64,000 nucleotides of DNA from the human T2T-CHM13v2.0 reference genome, Homo sapiens, in NCBI RefSeq assembly GCF_009914755.1, contig NC_060925.1. One strand, 5' to 3'. The notes under the pieces are model-generated. The model did no database searches. It saw only the letters and a list, made by a program, of their open reading frames with translations, and was not told where the DNA came from. Shown here in pieces: positions 51,497 through 64,000 of this stretch; the first letter of the stretch is position 1, and each line of letters starts with the position of its first letter. Both the position numbers and the translations under genes were made by a program.

Positions 51497-51633
51497 CTAA
51501 TTTCTTATATCTTTGGTAGAGACGGGGTTTCACCGTGTTAGCCAGGATGGTCTCGATCTCCTGACCTCGTGATCTGCCCGCCTCGGCCTCCCAAAGTGCT
51601 GGGATTACAGGCATGAGTTACCACGCCCAGTCC
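51497..51633 (-). mobile_element. Left arm and linker of the split Alu
   Basis: GTAGAGACGGGGTTTCACCGTGTTAGCCAGGATGG...CACGCCCAGTCC; TSD AAAATCTAGACTTTC 51634-51648. Confidence 0.93.
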
Positions 51634-54475
51634 AAAATCTAGACTTTCAATAAAATATTTACAATGTCTAACATCCTAACAAAAATTATTTAAAATGCAA
51701 AGGATCAGGAAAGTATAAGCCATAACAAGAGAAAAATAAGTCAATACAAACAGATGCAGAAAGACAGAAATAATAGAATTAGCAGACAAGAACCTTAAAG
51801 TAGTTATAGCTGTACACAAGGATTTTAAGGACGATAAAAACACAATGAGGATAAAAATGGAATATACACACACAGAATCAAAAAGCTGGTAAAAAAATTA
51901 ATAAATTGACAAAGCTTTGTCAAGACCAAAAAAAATTGAATTTACAAAGATTTGTCAAGAAAAGAAAACAAAGAGGCAAGATACAAACTACCAATATCAG
52001 GAAAGAGAAAAGGGGTATCACTACAGACGTAATACACGCTACACACATAAATCTGATAACTTAGATGAAATGGACTAATTCCTCAGAAAACACAAACTAT
52101 CACAAAACACCTAACATAATACAGATAATTTGAATCGCCATATAATTCTAAAGAAAATTAAATTTTTAACTTTAAAATTTTTGATAAAGAAATCTCTAAT
52201 CCCTGAGTATTTTGCTGGAGAATTCTATCAAACATCTTGATGCCAATTCTCCACAAGTTTTTTCAGAAAGTAGAAGAAAAGGGAATGCTTCTTAATTCAT
52301 TTATGAGGTTAACATTATCCTGGTATCAAACCAGACAAGGACAGCATGAGAAAATTATAGAATGATGTCTTCCATGAATACAGATACAAAAATCCTAAAC
52401 AAAATATTAGCAAAAACTTCTGAAATATATGCAAAGAATTCTGTATCATTACTAAGTGGGATCCAGAGATGGTTTAATATTAGAAAAGTTAGTGTAATCT
52501 ACCATATCAACAGGCTAAAGAAGAAAAATTATATGATCATCTTGATCAGTTCAGAAAAAGCATTGACTACTCATTGGTGGTAAATAAAAAAATCAGAAAA
52601 GTAGGAACAGAAGAAACTTCTTCAATATGATTAAAAGCATCCACACAAAACCTAGAGTTAACATCATACTTAATAATAAAAGACAATGCATTTTCCAAAA
52701 GACTGGAAACAAAGGGAATATTCACTCTTACTCAACATAACGCTGGAAGTATTTGCCACTACAATAAGGCAAGAAAAGGAAACAAGGATACAGGTAATTT
52801 TTAAAAAAGAAATAAAACTGTCTCTATTTAAAGATTACATTATTGTATACATCGAAAATTCTAAGGACTCTATAAGAAACTCCTAGAATTAAAAAGTGAG
52901 TTTATCAAGGGTGCAATATACATGATAAACTTATACAAATTAAGTGTATTTCCATATATTAGCAATGAACATGGAAACACCACATTTATAAGAACAGTAT
53001 TATTTATAATGTCCCCAAAAATTAAAAACTTAGGTGTAGAGCTAAAAAAAAAAAAAATTACAAGACTTATTTGTTGAAAACTTCAAAGGCTGATGAAAGA
53101 CCAAACAAGATCTAAATAAATGAAGAAACTTCACCATCTTCATAGATTGAAAAACTCAATACAACAAAGATGTCAATTTTTTCCAAATTGATGTTTAGGT
53201 TTAATGCAATTCCTATATTGCAATATTTGTTACAGATGTAAACAAAAGTTTATAGGAAAAGGCAAAGGAAATAGAGTAGCTAAAACAATTTTGAAAGAGA
53301 AGAATAAATTGGGAAAAATAAGTCCACCCAATTTCAAAATTTACTGTGTAGCTACAGTAATCAAGACAGTGTCACATGGACAAAGAGATAGACACACGAA
53401 TCAATGGAACAGAATAGAGAACCCAGTAATAAACCCATGCAAATATACCCAACTGATTTTTGACAAAAGTACAAAAGCGATTTAATAAAAGAAGAATAAT
53501 CTTTTCAACAAATGGTACCGGAGTAATTGGATATCAGTAGCCAAAAACCTCAACCTAAGTTTTACATATCATACAAAAATTAACTCAAAATGGACCATGG
53601 ACTCAAAGTAAAATGTCAAACTATAAAGCCTTGTTTTTAAATAGGAGAAAATCTTCAGGATCCAGGGCTAGGCAGAGTTGTTAGGTTTGACACTGAAAGT
53701 GCAATCTATAAAAGAAAAAGTTAATAAATTTGACTTGATCAAATTAAAAACTTTTGGTCTATCAAAGACTGTTAAAAAGATGAAAGTCGCAAGCTGGTAG
53801 AAAATATTTGTAGACCACATATCTGAGTAGTATTTTGAATATATTATTAAACTCTCAAAACTTAACAGCTAAAATATTTTTAAAATCTAATTAGAAAATG
53901 GCATAAGACAAAAAGACACCAAAGAGGATGTACGATGGCAAATTCCACTTCAATGTATTTACCAAATAGAAAACATGTCCACACAAGGACATGTCCACAA
54001 GTAATCATAGCAGCTCTAATCACAATGGCCAGAATGGAAACAATCCAAGTGTCCAAAAACAGATAAGTAAAGAAATTGTAATATAACCCTACAATGGAAC
54101 ATTACTCAGCAATAAAAAGTAACATCATAACAACACACTGCAAGACACAAAAACATGGAAGAATCTCAAAATTATTACAACAAATTCAAGAAACCATATA
54201 TAAAAGAGTCCATACTGGATAATTGTATTTATACAAAATTCTAGCAGAGGCAAAACTATGTTGACAGGGAGAAGATCAGTCATTGCCTAGAGTTAAGGTG
54301 GGATATAGGTGGGGACTGACTTCAAAGAGACCTGAGGGAAATTTGGGGTAATGGAAGTATTATGTATCTTAGTTGTGGGAATGCTGCTTACACAGGAGCA
54401 TACAATTGCTGAAACTCATCCAGCTAGAAGATGTTTTGTATATAAATTTTGCCTCAATAAAGTTGATGAAAAATA
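51634..54475 (+). mobile_element. Degenerate old L1M (ORF1/ORF2 remnants, 3' end)
   Basis: ORF remnants [42 protein letters not shown]; 3' end GCCTCAATAAAGTTG. Confidence 0.85.
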
Positions 54476-55036
54476 ATGTCCAAAGCATTCAACAAATACA
54501 AATACTTAGTAATACACAGGGCCAATTAAATTCTGTAAAACTGGTTTCAGAGCATAGCTAAAAATTAATTAAAAGAAGATGATGAAGCTGACTCTTCCAT
54601 ATACCATGTTACTTCTTCTGTGAAAAACAAAACCATGAACTTAGAAGAGTTCACATTTTTCAAATGTGACCTTATTGTTTATAAAGTCCATATTTCAGGA
54701 AGGAAGGAGGGTGCTCACCAGCCAGAGGTTGGGGATTACCAGTATTTTAACTCATGAAAATTATGGGTTTGCTTTCACTCAAGAGTTCTAATTAAGACCC
54801 TTGCAAAAATTTTGTGTGTGTGGTCAGGAGGGGAAGAGGTTCCTCCTCCGAGTCAGGGATACAGGGGAAATTTCATGATACTCAGCAGGGGCTGGGGCAG
54901 AGCTGACTCGGTAGTCTCAAGAAAGGGTAAATAAACATCAAGAAGGCTATTTCAAAAGAGGGACCAATAACACATCCTAGATAGAGCTCAGAGTGTGTCC
55001 ATAAAACAGGAAGAACCTATAAAAGGGTCACACTGA

Positions 55037-55260
55037 GCCTGGGCAACATAGACTTTAACTCTAAACAATTTTTTAAAGTTAGCCACTTGCAGTGGCATGC
55101 ATCTGCACCCAGCTACTCGGAAGGCTGGGGCTGGAGGATGGCTAGAGCCCAGGAATTTGACACTGCAGTGAACTATGATAGCACTACTGTACTCCAGCCT
55201 GGTCTACAGAGCGAGTTTCTATCTAAAAAAATAATAATAATAAAATAAAATAGAATAAAA
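55037..55260 (+). mobile_element. 5'-truncated AluJ-like element
   Basis: AGCCTGGGCAACATAG...GGAGGATGGCTAGAGCCCAGGA...A-rich tail. Confidence 0.8.
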
Positions 55261-56837
55261 GGGTTACAATGTTTGACAAGGAGTGTAAGACATTGAGAAT
55301 TTATTTGCTGAGACTTTATCTTCCTTGGAAACTACAGGCAGATAGCCCTGTCTTATTATAGTGGGGTCAATGACCTCATTTTTTGGTGGGTCTGAGGCCA
55401 TCAACCCACACATTCTGGTCAAAAATATTTTCAGAAACCAATTTTTTTTTTTCAAAGAAAAGGCAGAAAAGAAACATTACAAAATGTTAAACTTAGTTGC
55501 CTTTGAATGCCAAAAATATGGATACATTTTCACTAACTTTCTATATTTCCAAATATTGTTTTATAAGTATTACTTTTGCAATGGAAAAATATAGCAAACA
55601 TGTTATTATGGTCTGCATTTATTGGTAATGAAAAAATTTCCAGGGACAACAAATTGTTCTGTTGCACTCTTCTAACTTCTATAAATTTCTGTTACTTTTG
55701 CAAGAAAATTACTGCATATTCTAGTCTTTTCTATTAATAAACAAAATGTGCTTTCCTATACCACAAACTATTTTATCCCTGTTGGTTTTTTTTTTTTTTT
55801 TCCACTGCATGTGCTCAATACGTCAATGTTCCCTCCTACACACTGTAAGCCACACAGACCACAGCCACCTGGGGAAAAGGGATGGAGTCTTCTGATTGTG
55901 TCCACCTAGGGAAGGGATTCATTCTACTTCATCTCAGCCTAGTTCAGTCGCTAATATGCCCAGTTTGTTAATAGCCAAGGGGCTTTTACTCAAGAGGAAA
56001 GATCAAGTATCCCAAATAAGCATTAAAAAGGCAACTTAAAAATTATATACATTTATATAATAAATATATTAAAGAAATTCCCCTCCCTCTTCAAATTAAG
56101 TTTATCTTTTAAGCTGCTGACAACTGAAGATGCCACTCGATTATGACACAAAGGAACTGAATATTAAAGGCAAAATTTGCAGCTCTTTACAGGCAAAAAA
56201 AGATTTTTCCATGATCCCTTTACACCTTCTTAAGGATTAATAAGCTTAAACACATGCCAATATGCTGCCATGTCAGAATTCAAACAGATGTGCTCAGGAG
56301 CGGAGCTTAGGCTTTGGGTTTGAAAATATTTTTGTCTTTCCCTCCTCAGTAAATCATAATTGAAAAATTATTATCAAAAGTATAACTGGTGTATGGCTTT
56401 TGGCCATCCTGTACGGTGTCATAAGCTATCTCTGTATTTGTAACAATCATCTCATTTCTTTAAAATAACTCTAAAAGCAATCTTTTAAATTCTTTCTGGC
56501 AAGCCCTCCACTTATTTCTTAGCTCAGTGAAGATAAAGTTGTTGTTTGAGAACCTGGAATCCAGCATCCCCTATGATCTAGGTAGCTTTTCTTATGTTCG
56601 TGCTGCTGGTGCCATATTATGGAGAGCCCGAATTATGATACTGCTACGTTCTGCCCTCCAACTGACTCAAAGAGGACCAGATGAGGAGTTTGTGTATGTA
56701 TGTCCTTTAAATGTGAATTCTGTGTTACCTATGAGTACATTCCAAATAACAAGTTAGTGGATCCTAAAGTCAGATGGAGAGCAGAGCAGATGGACTATTC
56801 AGGAAGGAGAAGGAAACACACATTTATTGAGCGTCTC

Positions 56838-57828
56838 TGAAGGGGGCCAGCCGCTCCACACCTGTGGGTATATCTCATCAGGTGGGATGAGAGACTGAGA
56901 AAAGAAACAAGATACAGAGACAAAATGTAGAGAAAGAACACTGGGCCCAGGGGACCGACGCTCAGCATACGGAGGACCTACACTGGCACAGGTCTCTGAG
57001 TTCCCTCATTATTGATTACCATTTTCACTATCTCAGCAAGAGGAATGCAGTAGGAGAGCAGGGTGATAGTAGAGAGAAAGTCAGCAAGAAAACATGTGAG
57101 CAAAGGAATCTGTGTCACAAATAAGTTCAAGGGAAGGTACTATGCCTGGATGTGCACATAGGCCAGATTTATGCTTCTGTCCACCCAAACTTCTCAGGGG
57201 AGTAAAGAGTAACAGAGCAGCATTGCTGCCAACATGTCTTGCCTCCTGCCACAGGGCGGTTTTTCTCCTATCTCAAAATAGAACAAATGTACAATCGGGT
57301 TGTATACGGAGACATTCAGTTCCCAGGGGCAGGCAGGAGACAGAGGCCTTCCTCTTACCTCAACTGCAAGAGGCCTTCCTCTTTTACTAATCCTCCTCAG
57401 CACAGACCCTTCACGGGTGTCAGGCTGGAGGACGGTCATGTCTTTCCCATCCCATGAGGCCATATCTCAGGCTATCACATGGGGAGAAACCTTGGACAAA
57501 TACCCGGCTTTCCAGGGCAGAGGTCCCTGCGGCTTTCCGCAGTGCATTGTGCCCCTGGTTTATCGAGAACGGAGAATGGCGATGACTTTTACCAAGCATA
57601 CTGCCTGTAAACATTTTGTTAACAAGGCACATCCTGCACAGCCCTAGATCCCTTAAACCTTGATTCCATACAACACATGTTTTTATAAGCTCAAGGTGGG
57701 CGCAAAGTTACAGATTAACAGCATCTCAGGGCAAAGCAATTGTTCAGGGTACAGGTCAAAATAGAGTTTCTTATGTCTTCCTTTTCTACATAGACACAAC
57801 CGTCTGATCTCTCTTTCTTTTCCCTACA
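56838..57828 (-). mobile_element. Solo HERV-K(HML-2) LTR (LTR5A/LTR5B-like), 991 bp
   Basis: Minus strand starts TGTAGGGAAAAGAAAGAGAGATCAGAC and ends ACCCACAGGTGTGGAGCGGCTGGCCCCCTTCA; 6-bp TSD CGTCTC 56832-56837 / CATCTC 57829-57834. Confidence 0.92.
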
Positions 57829-60032
57829 CATCTCCTGTGTACCAAGTGCTGGAAATGAATGATGCTCTTGCCATTCATGGTTGACCAGCAGCATCAGCAT
57901 CACCTGGGAGCCTTTAGAAACTCAGAATCTCAGGTGCCATCCAGACTTGCGTTTTAACAAGATCCGCAGCATTGCATTTATATCATTTCATCTGCATCAA
58001 AATCCTGGATAAGGATGGTATTATCTCCATTTTACATTAGGAAATTAAGGATCAGAAAGTTTAAGAAATTTGTATAAAAGTTACAAGATAATAATGAGTA
58101 AAGCTGGATTTGGGCCCATTTTAAAACTTACTATATTTCCACTCCACTAGGATAACTCCTAAACCAGACTAAAGCTATGAGACTTAGGTTTCAGTCCAGC
58201 TTCCACCATTAATATCTCCCTAGCCTCATACACTACAAGCCGGTTAACCTATCTGAGTCTCATTTTTTTGTCCTGTGTACTTCATGGAATTACTACAAAA
58301 CAAATGAAATCAATACATGTGGAAACACTTTGTAAAATATATAGCACTGGCCAAAATTAATTTGTTAATGGAATCTTATTTGTGACTCTTTCTCATTCAG
58401 TTTTTTCCAAGACATAAAGACCAAGAACAAAACACCAGATGCCAAGGACCTTCACGTTACACAGAGAGAGGCTAAGCTGTCTATGTGGTTTTGAAACTGG
58501 CAGGTCAGCCTTAGCCCATCACCCAACTCTAGGGTATAAAACATTTGAAGTTAAAGGGACAGAAGAGTTTTCTCTAGAAAGTGTTTTTAATTGGGGGTGG
58601 GGAGACAGAATTTCTCCTGCATCTCAATCTACAGCAAGAGGCTCTAAGAAGACCACACAGAGAATTTATTTGTCCCCTGAAAGGAGACAACTTCATCTGG
58701 AAGGAGAAATCTACCATAAATCTCTCCTCCCCTGATGGCTTTCCAGGCTAAAATAATATTATGTTTTAGTATTGCCATGCTGATATTTAAACTGGACAGC
58801 AAATGTTAATTATGTATCTTGGGGCTAAAAGTGACTAGTGGACTTTTTAATTATCAAAAAGTGTCTGCAAAGTTAGGACCCTGCCCAAAATTTCAGCCAA
58901 AAAGCAAGGAAAAACTAATCCACAGATTTTGTCTAAAGGGACAGTGAGAAAAAAAATAATGTAGTTTGCTGCTTGCACCCAATGGAGAACCGCTCTTTCA
59001 ATACCCTGGTTACTCTATTATTAGTACCATAAAAACCAATACTAGATAAACAGAAACAATGTTTCCAAAGCAAAAGTCTGGTTTCAAAGATAAAGGTTCG
59101 AAGAGAGAGGTGAAACAGGTGAGTCAGCTTTCCTAAATTACCTGCTGTTATCCTAAATCCAAAACCCTAAAGGGCATCCTAATCCATTGTCTGACAGCTG
59201 CTAATCAGCCAGATGTAGGAGAGGCTTCCCATCATGAATTGGGCCTAATTCAATTTTTCTGTGAGAAACTATAGAGGTTTAGAGCTGTAGAAAACTTCTT
59301 CCCCACAATCAAGTACTAATCCAGCATATGGCATAAGAAGATAGAAGAGCAGCCTCTGCACCCCTCGCAGAAATACCCAATGAGAATGGAGGTATTAGTC
59401 AGACTAGTTATGAAAGGAAAAGCTGAGAGCAGAAGTCTAGGCAGACCCAGCACACAGGTCCTGGGGATGTGGACACAGGATCAAGGTCACAGGTTGTTGG
59501 CTGTAGATACAGTCACACATGGGTAGCTGAGAAAAGGGGAGATCGATATATGGGTTGGAAAAAAGAAATGGAAAAGATCCAATTTGACCAAGGTGTCCAA
59601 TTACCATGTGTGTCAGGATGACTTCTAATACATATCTGCATCCCAAACCTTTGTAGGAAGCTCAACGCCATAGATATCTTCTTTCTTTCTCTATCTTCTA
59701 ATTCCAGCACCACTCCCAATCACTCTTATAGCCATCCAAAAGTCTAAGACTTTTAAAAATAGTCATAGTCTTAACATCCTTAAAATGCTTCCATGGCCTT
59801 CACAGCCTTTAGATAATGCCAGGGCTCCTTGGCTGGCCTCCAAGGTCTCTCGTAAACTGGCTCCTACTTACCTCATCTCTCACTGACTCCCATTCCACAC
59901 CTCACAATCCAGCCAGATGGAACTGCTCAGTTTCCAAACACTTCTTACCTTTGAGCCTTAGCATTTTCTACTCTACAGAGTTTTCCAAGCTGGCTGATGA
60001 TAAGAATAACCTGAAATGCTTTTTTTTTTTGA

Positions 60033-60788
<756 letters not shown>

Positions 60789-61261
60789 GAAATGCTTTTT
60801 AAAATGCAAATTCCCAGGTTCTACTATAGACCTACAATTCAGAATCAACAGGGAAGGGATTCAAGAATCTGTGTTTTTAACAAGCTCTCCAGGTAAAACT
60901 TATCATCTGGCAACTATAGTGTAATTCTATGAGGCAAGGACTCTGTCTGCCTTTTTCATAGTGTTATATCCATAATCCATGATAAGTGCTATTCCCTTTG
61001 TGTACAAGGCCTGTCCTCCTCCAATATTTTACCTGGCTGAATGCTGTTTTGTTTAAACAGCACCCAGTACAGTTTGTGTAACGTAATAGACAGTCTACAT
61101 ATATTGAATAGCTAATTAATAAGAAAATAAGTGAGTGCAAAAAATGAGTGGCACAGGAAATTTGGGGAAATGAGATGTGAGGTTACAAGTGGCAGGCAAC
61201 AGTTGGATGAATGTATCCCACATTGTGGACATCTGGGAGACCCAATTATAGGGATGGGGAT

Positions 61262-61585
61262 TGCAATGGCCTGAATTTTTATGTCCCCTCGAAATTCGTA
61301 TGTTGAAATCCTAATCCCAAAGGTGATGGTATTAGGACCTAGAGCCTTTGGGAGGTGATTAGGTCATGAGGGTGGAGCCCAGAGAGATCCCTTGTCCCTT
61401 CCACCATGTGAGAACACACCAAGAAAACTGCTATCTATGAACCAAGAAGCAGCCCCTCACCAGACACTGAATCTGCCAGCACTTTGATCTTGGACTTCCC
61501 GGCCCCCAGAACTGTGGGAAAGAAACATCTGTTGTTTATAAGCCACCCAGTTTATGGTATTTTATTTTAGCATCCTGATAAGATA
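61262..61585 (+). mobile_element. MLT1A/MST-like MaLR solo LTR
   Basis: AAATTCGTATGTTGAAATCCTAATCCC...GACTTCCCGGCCCCCAGAACTGTG...TAAGCCACCCAGTTTATGGTATTTT. Confidence 0.8.
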
Positions 61586-62959
61586 AAATTTCTGGGTTCA
61601 GAAACAATACAGCCAACCCTAGGGAATGGGCTACCAGATAAATGTCTGGTCACTAGAATAAGGACACAATGCAGAAATCTTGCCATTAAGAAAATGGGGA
61701 AGAGGATAGAGAATTTGTTTTCTGGAGAAATAATTACGGGGCAGAGATTCAGCCACAGCAAGGTTTAGAAACAATGTAAGAACCCAATAACTTGGAAGAG
61801 CGTTGCTGAAATTTGAGAGGTACTAGTCACAAGATGTTCCTAATGATGAATTACTGAGGTCCCCTCAGAAGGCAGAACTGGGGTTGGGCTGGCACATAGT
61901 CACATCTACAGGAGAGTGCTGTAACCCACCTCTAAAGATTAGGAGGAGATTCAGGGTTCAAGAGCCTGGCGATCACTTCTATCGTCCACTCTTCTCCTTC
62001 CTCAGGTACAAGAGAGATCATCAAATTTATTGAATTGTTCCTGTATTATTATCAACTAAGAAAGTAATTTTCTGGAGTTGTAAGTTATAGAAGAAAAGAT
62101 AAATATTGATTTAGTAATACTTGAAAGTATGTGGAGACATAAATCTTAAAGTTCAGGAAAATCTGAAAGCTGGACAAATAGAGAAACAAGAAAGAAATCA
62201 AGAAGACTTCAGGCTATGCTCTTTAGATATCAGACCCACCTGGTGAAGCTGGACATGCTTGTTAATTTTCCATAGCTACATTTATTTATATAATTAAAAA
62301 TTCATCCATAAAGCCTCATTGGTGGTGAGAAGACAAGAAAGAAGAAAGCCAGGGTATATTTGAAGTTTTGTGAAGCTCTCAAACTCTCCCCTTCATCCGT
62401 CCCAGATAGAAGTGGAGGGGCTTGGAGACTCAGAAAGAAAGAAAACTATGAAACTTACAAGTTGTAACCACTTTTCCATTCATGTTTAAACCATGTGTAT
62501 TTCAGCAGAAATGTAGCCCATGTAATACTGATTCATTTTCTCTGTAATCATCAAACTACTCTTTTCCAGGAGGAATTTAATGTCCACAAAGGGTTTTCAG
62601 CCTTTTCAGAAAGATTTTTAATCCACTCTCCTCATAAAAACAGGAAGCTACATTTGCCAATTGTCAACGGACTCAATCATGAAAAGTTCAGATTCTCTTC
62701 AAATTTTCAAGGCCATAAATTTCAGTAGATTTTCATTGTGGTAATTAGGTTCCCTAACCCCACAAAGAAAGGACAGTGTTTGCTCAGATGGGCGAGTCGG
62801 TTTCCCACAGGGGTTACCAGAGCTGACCTCACCCAGCAGGTAGGGTTCCTGGTCATCGTACACTGTCCCCCTGTCCTTCACTTTTCCATGGTAATCTTGC
62901 TCCTTCTTTCTTCCTCTCCTGATTTTATTCTCTCCCTTTCCACATTTATTTCCACAATG

Positions 62960-63500
62960 AAGAATATTTGATATTTTATTTATATCAGGCTCTATTCTAC
63001 TCAACATGGTTATCAATGACTTGGATGAGGGATTACAGGCAGCTCAGATGCTTATAAAGTATGAGATAAAGTGTGAGATATTAAAATAAAAGGACAGGAT
63101 AATCTTTTAAATGATAGAGATGGCTGGTTCTAATAACATACTGAGTTTTAATGAAAAATAAAAGTGTTTTTCTTAGGTATAAAATATCTGTATGTAGATA
63201 TATAAACACACAGGAAAGAGTGCAATTTTTTAGGAGGTCACAGTTTAAGAGGAACTTCAGCAAACTAAAGTGTTTCCAGTGCAGGAAAATCTAGATGGGA
63301 ATGAATCTAAATGGCTTAATGTTATAGGAATTGGGATGATTAAGCCTGAAAATGAGAAGACTTTAAGGGCATAAGACCACTCTTCAAATAAATTAGAAGG
63401 CTAGTGAACAACTGCCAATACATTTTATAGTCAGATTTATATCGACACCACTGAACTAGATGGTTCCCAAAATCTTTTCTAGATATGAGATTCTGTGTTC
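62960..63500 (+). mobile_element. L3/CR1 LINE remnant
   Basis: TCAACATGGTTATCAATGACTTGGATGAGG resembles CR1 RT; 3' end ACTAGATGGTTCCC...TGAGATTCTGTG. Confidence 0.5.
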
Positions 63501-64000
63501 TTCTCCACCACGGGCTATTCCAACCTTCTCCTTCAGAGCACCTCCACCAGTCTAGAAATGTACAAATACTAACAACTGGTTTGGAATGCCCCAATATAAA
63601 ATTTTCAATGTCAAAGATGGTTCTGGCTTTCACATCAACTTTTTGATAGTTTTGTTTTGTTTTCTCAGACTCTTCTAAAAGGTCTGCCTGACTACACAGA
63701 AGTTATTTTCTATAAGACTAAAACATATAAAGAAATTCATGCCTAAACTTGAAGCATCTCATCAATTTGTAATCAAGTCTCTTTTGCATAGACATGTTGC
63801 TCAAGTCTTTTAAAAAACATCCACAAGCAATTTCTTCTCTCCTTTCAGGATTTTTAACCACTGGAATGAGCAGCAAGAAATGGGAAATGAATTCAATGAT
63901 GGGAGAAAATAACGGTCATGGTTTCTTATGACATTTAAGAAAATGGGAAAGTAGGATAAACTCATCTAAGTAACTATTCTAAAGGTTGAGTATTTGGCCC

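Overview
Primate (most likely human) genomic DNA, mostly intergenic and repeat-rich (L1, Alu, L2/MIR, MaLR/ERV LTRs, hAT MITEs). The only credible protein-coding feature is an intronless minus-strand processed retrocopy of the ZC3H11A mRNA (~46169-51496). It retains an 805-aa ORF with three CCCH zinc fingers, and I recognise it as ZC3H11B (human 1q41, LYPLAL1 region, from memory). It sits in a nested insertion: old L1M > Alu split at its central linker > retrogene. It appears to have carried along parental promoter motifs (ZNF143-like, YY1, CpG-rich). Other notable items are a solo HERV-K(HML-2) LTR5 5.3 kb upstream in the same orientation, a tailless U2 snRNA retrocopy with a 19-bp TSD, and a TSD-flanked inverted internal L1 RT fragment. 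There is also an Alu carrying a 115-bp, 93%-identical inverted copy of the flank of another Alu 8 kb away. I found no evidence for a wholly new multi-gene system; the best leads concern retrogene birth and unusual retrotransposition or repair events. Repeat subfamily names and comparisons to ZC3H11A come from recalled consensus sequences, and boundaries of old repeats are approximate.
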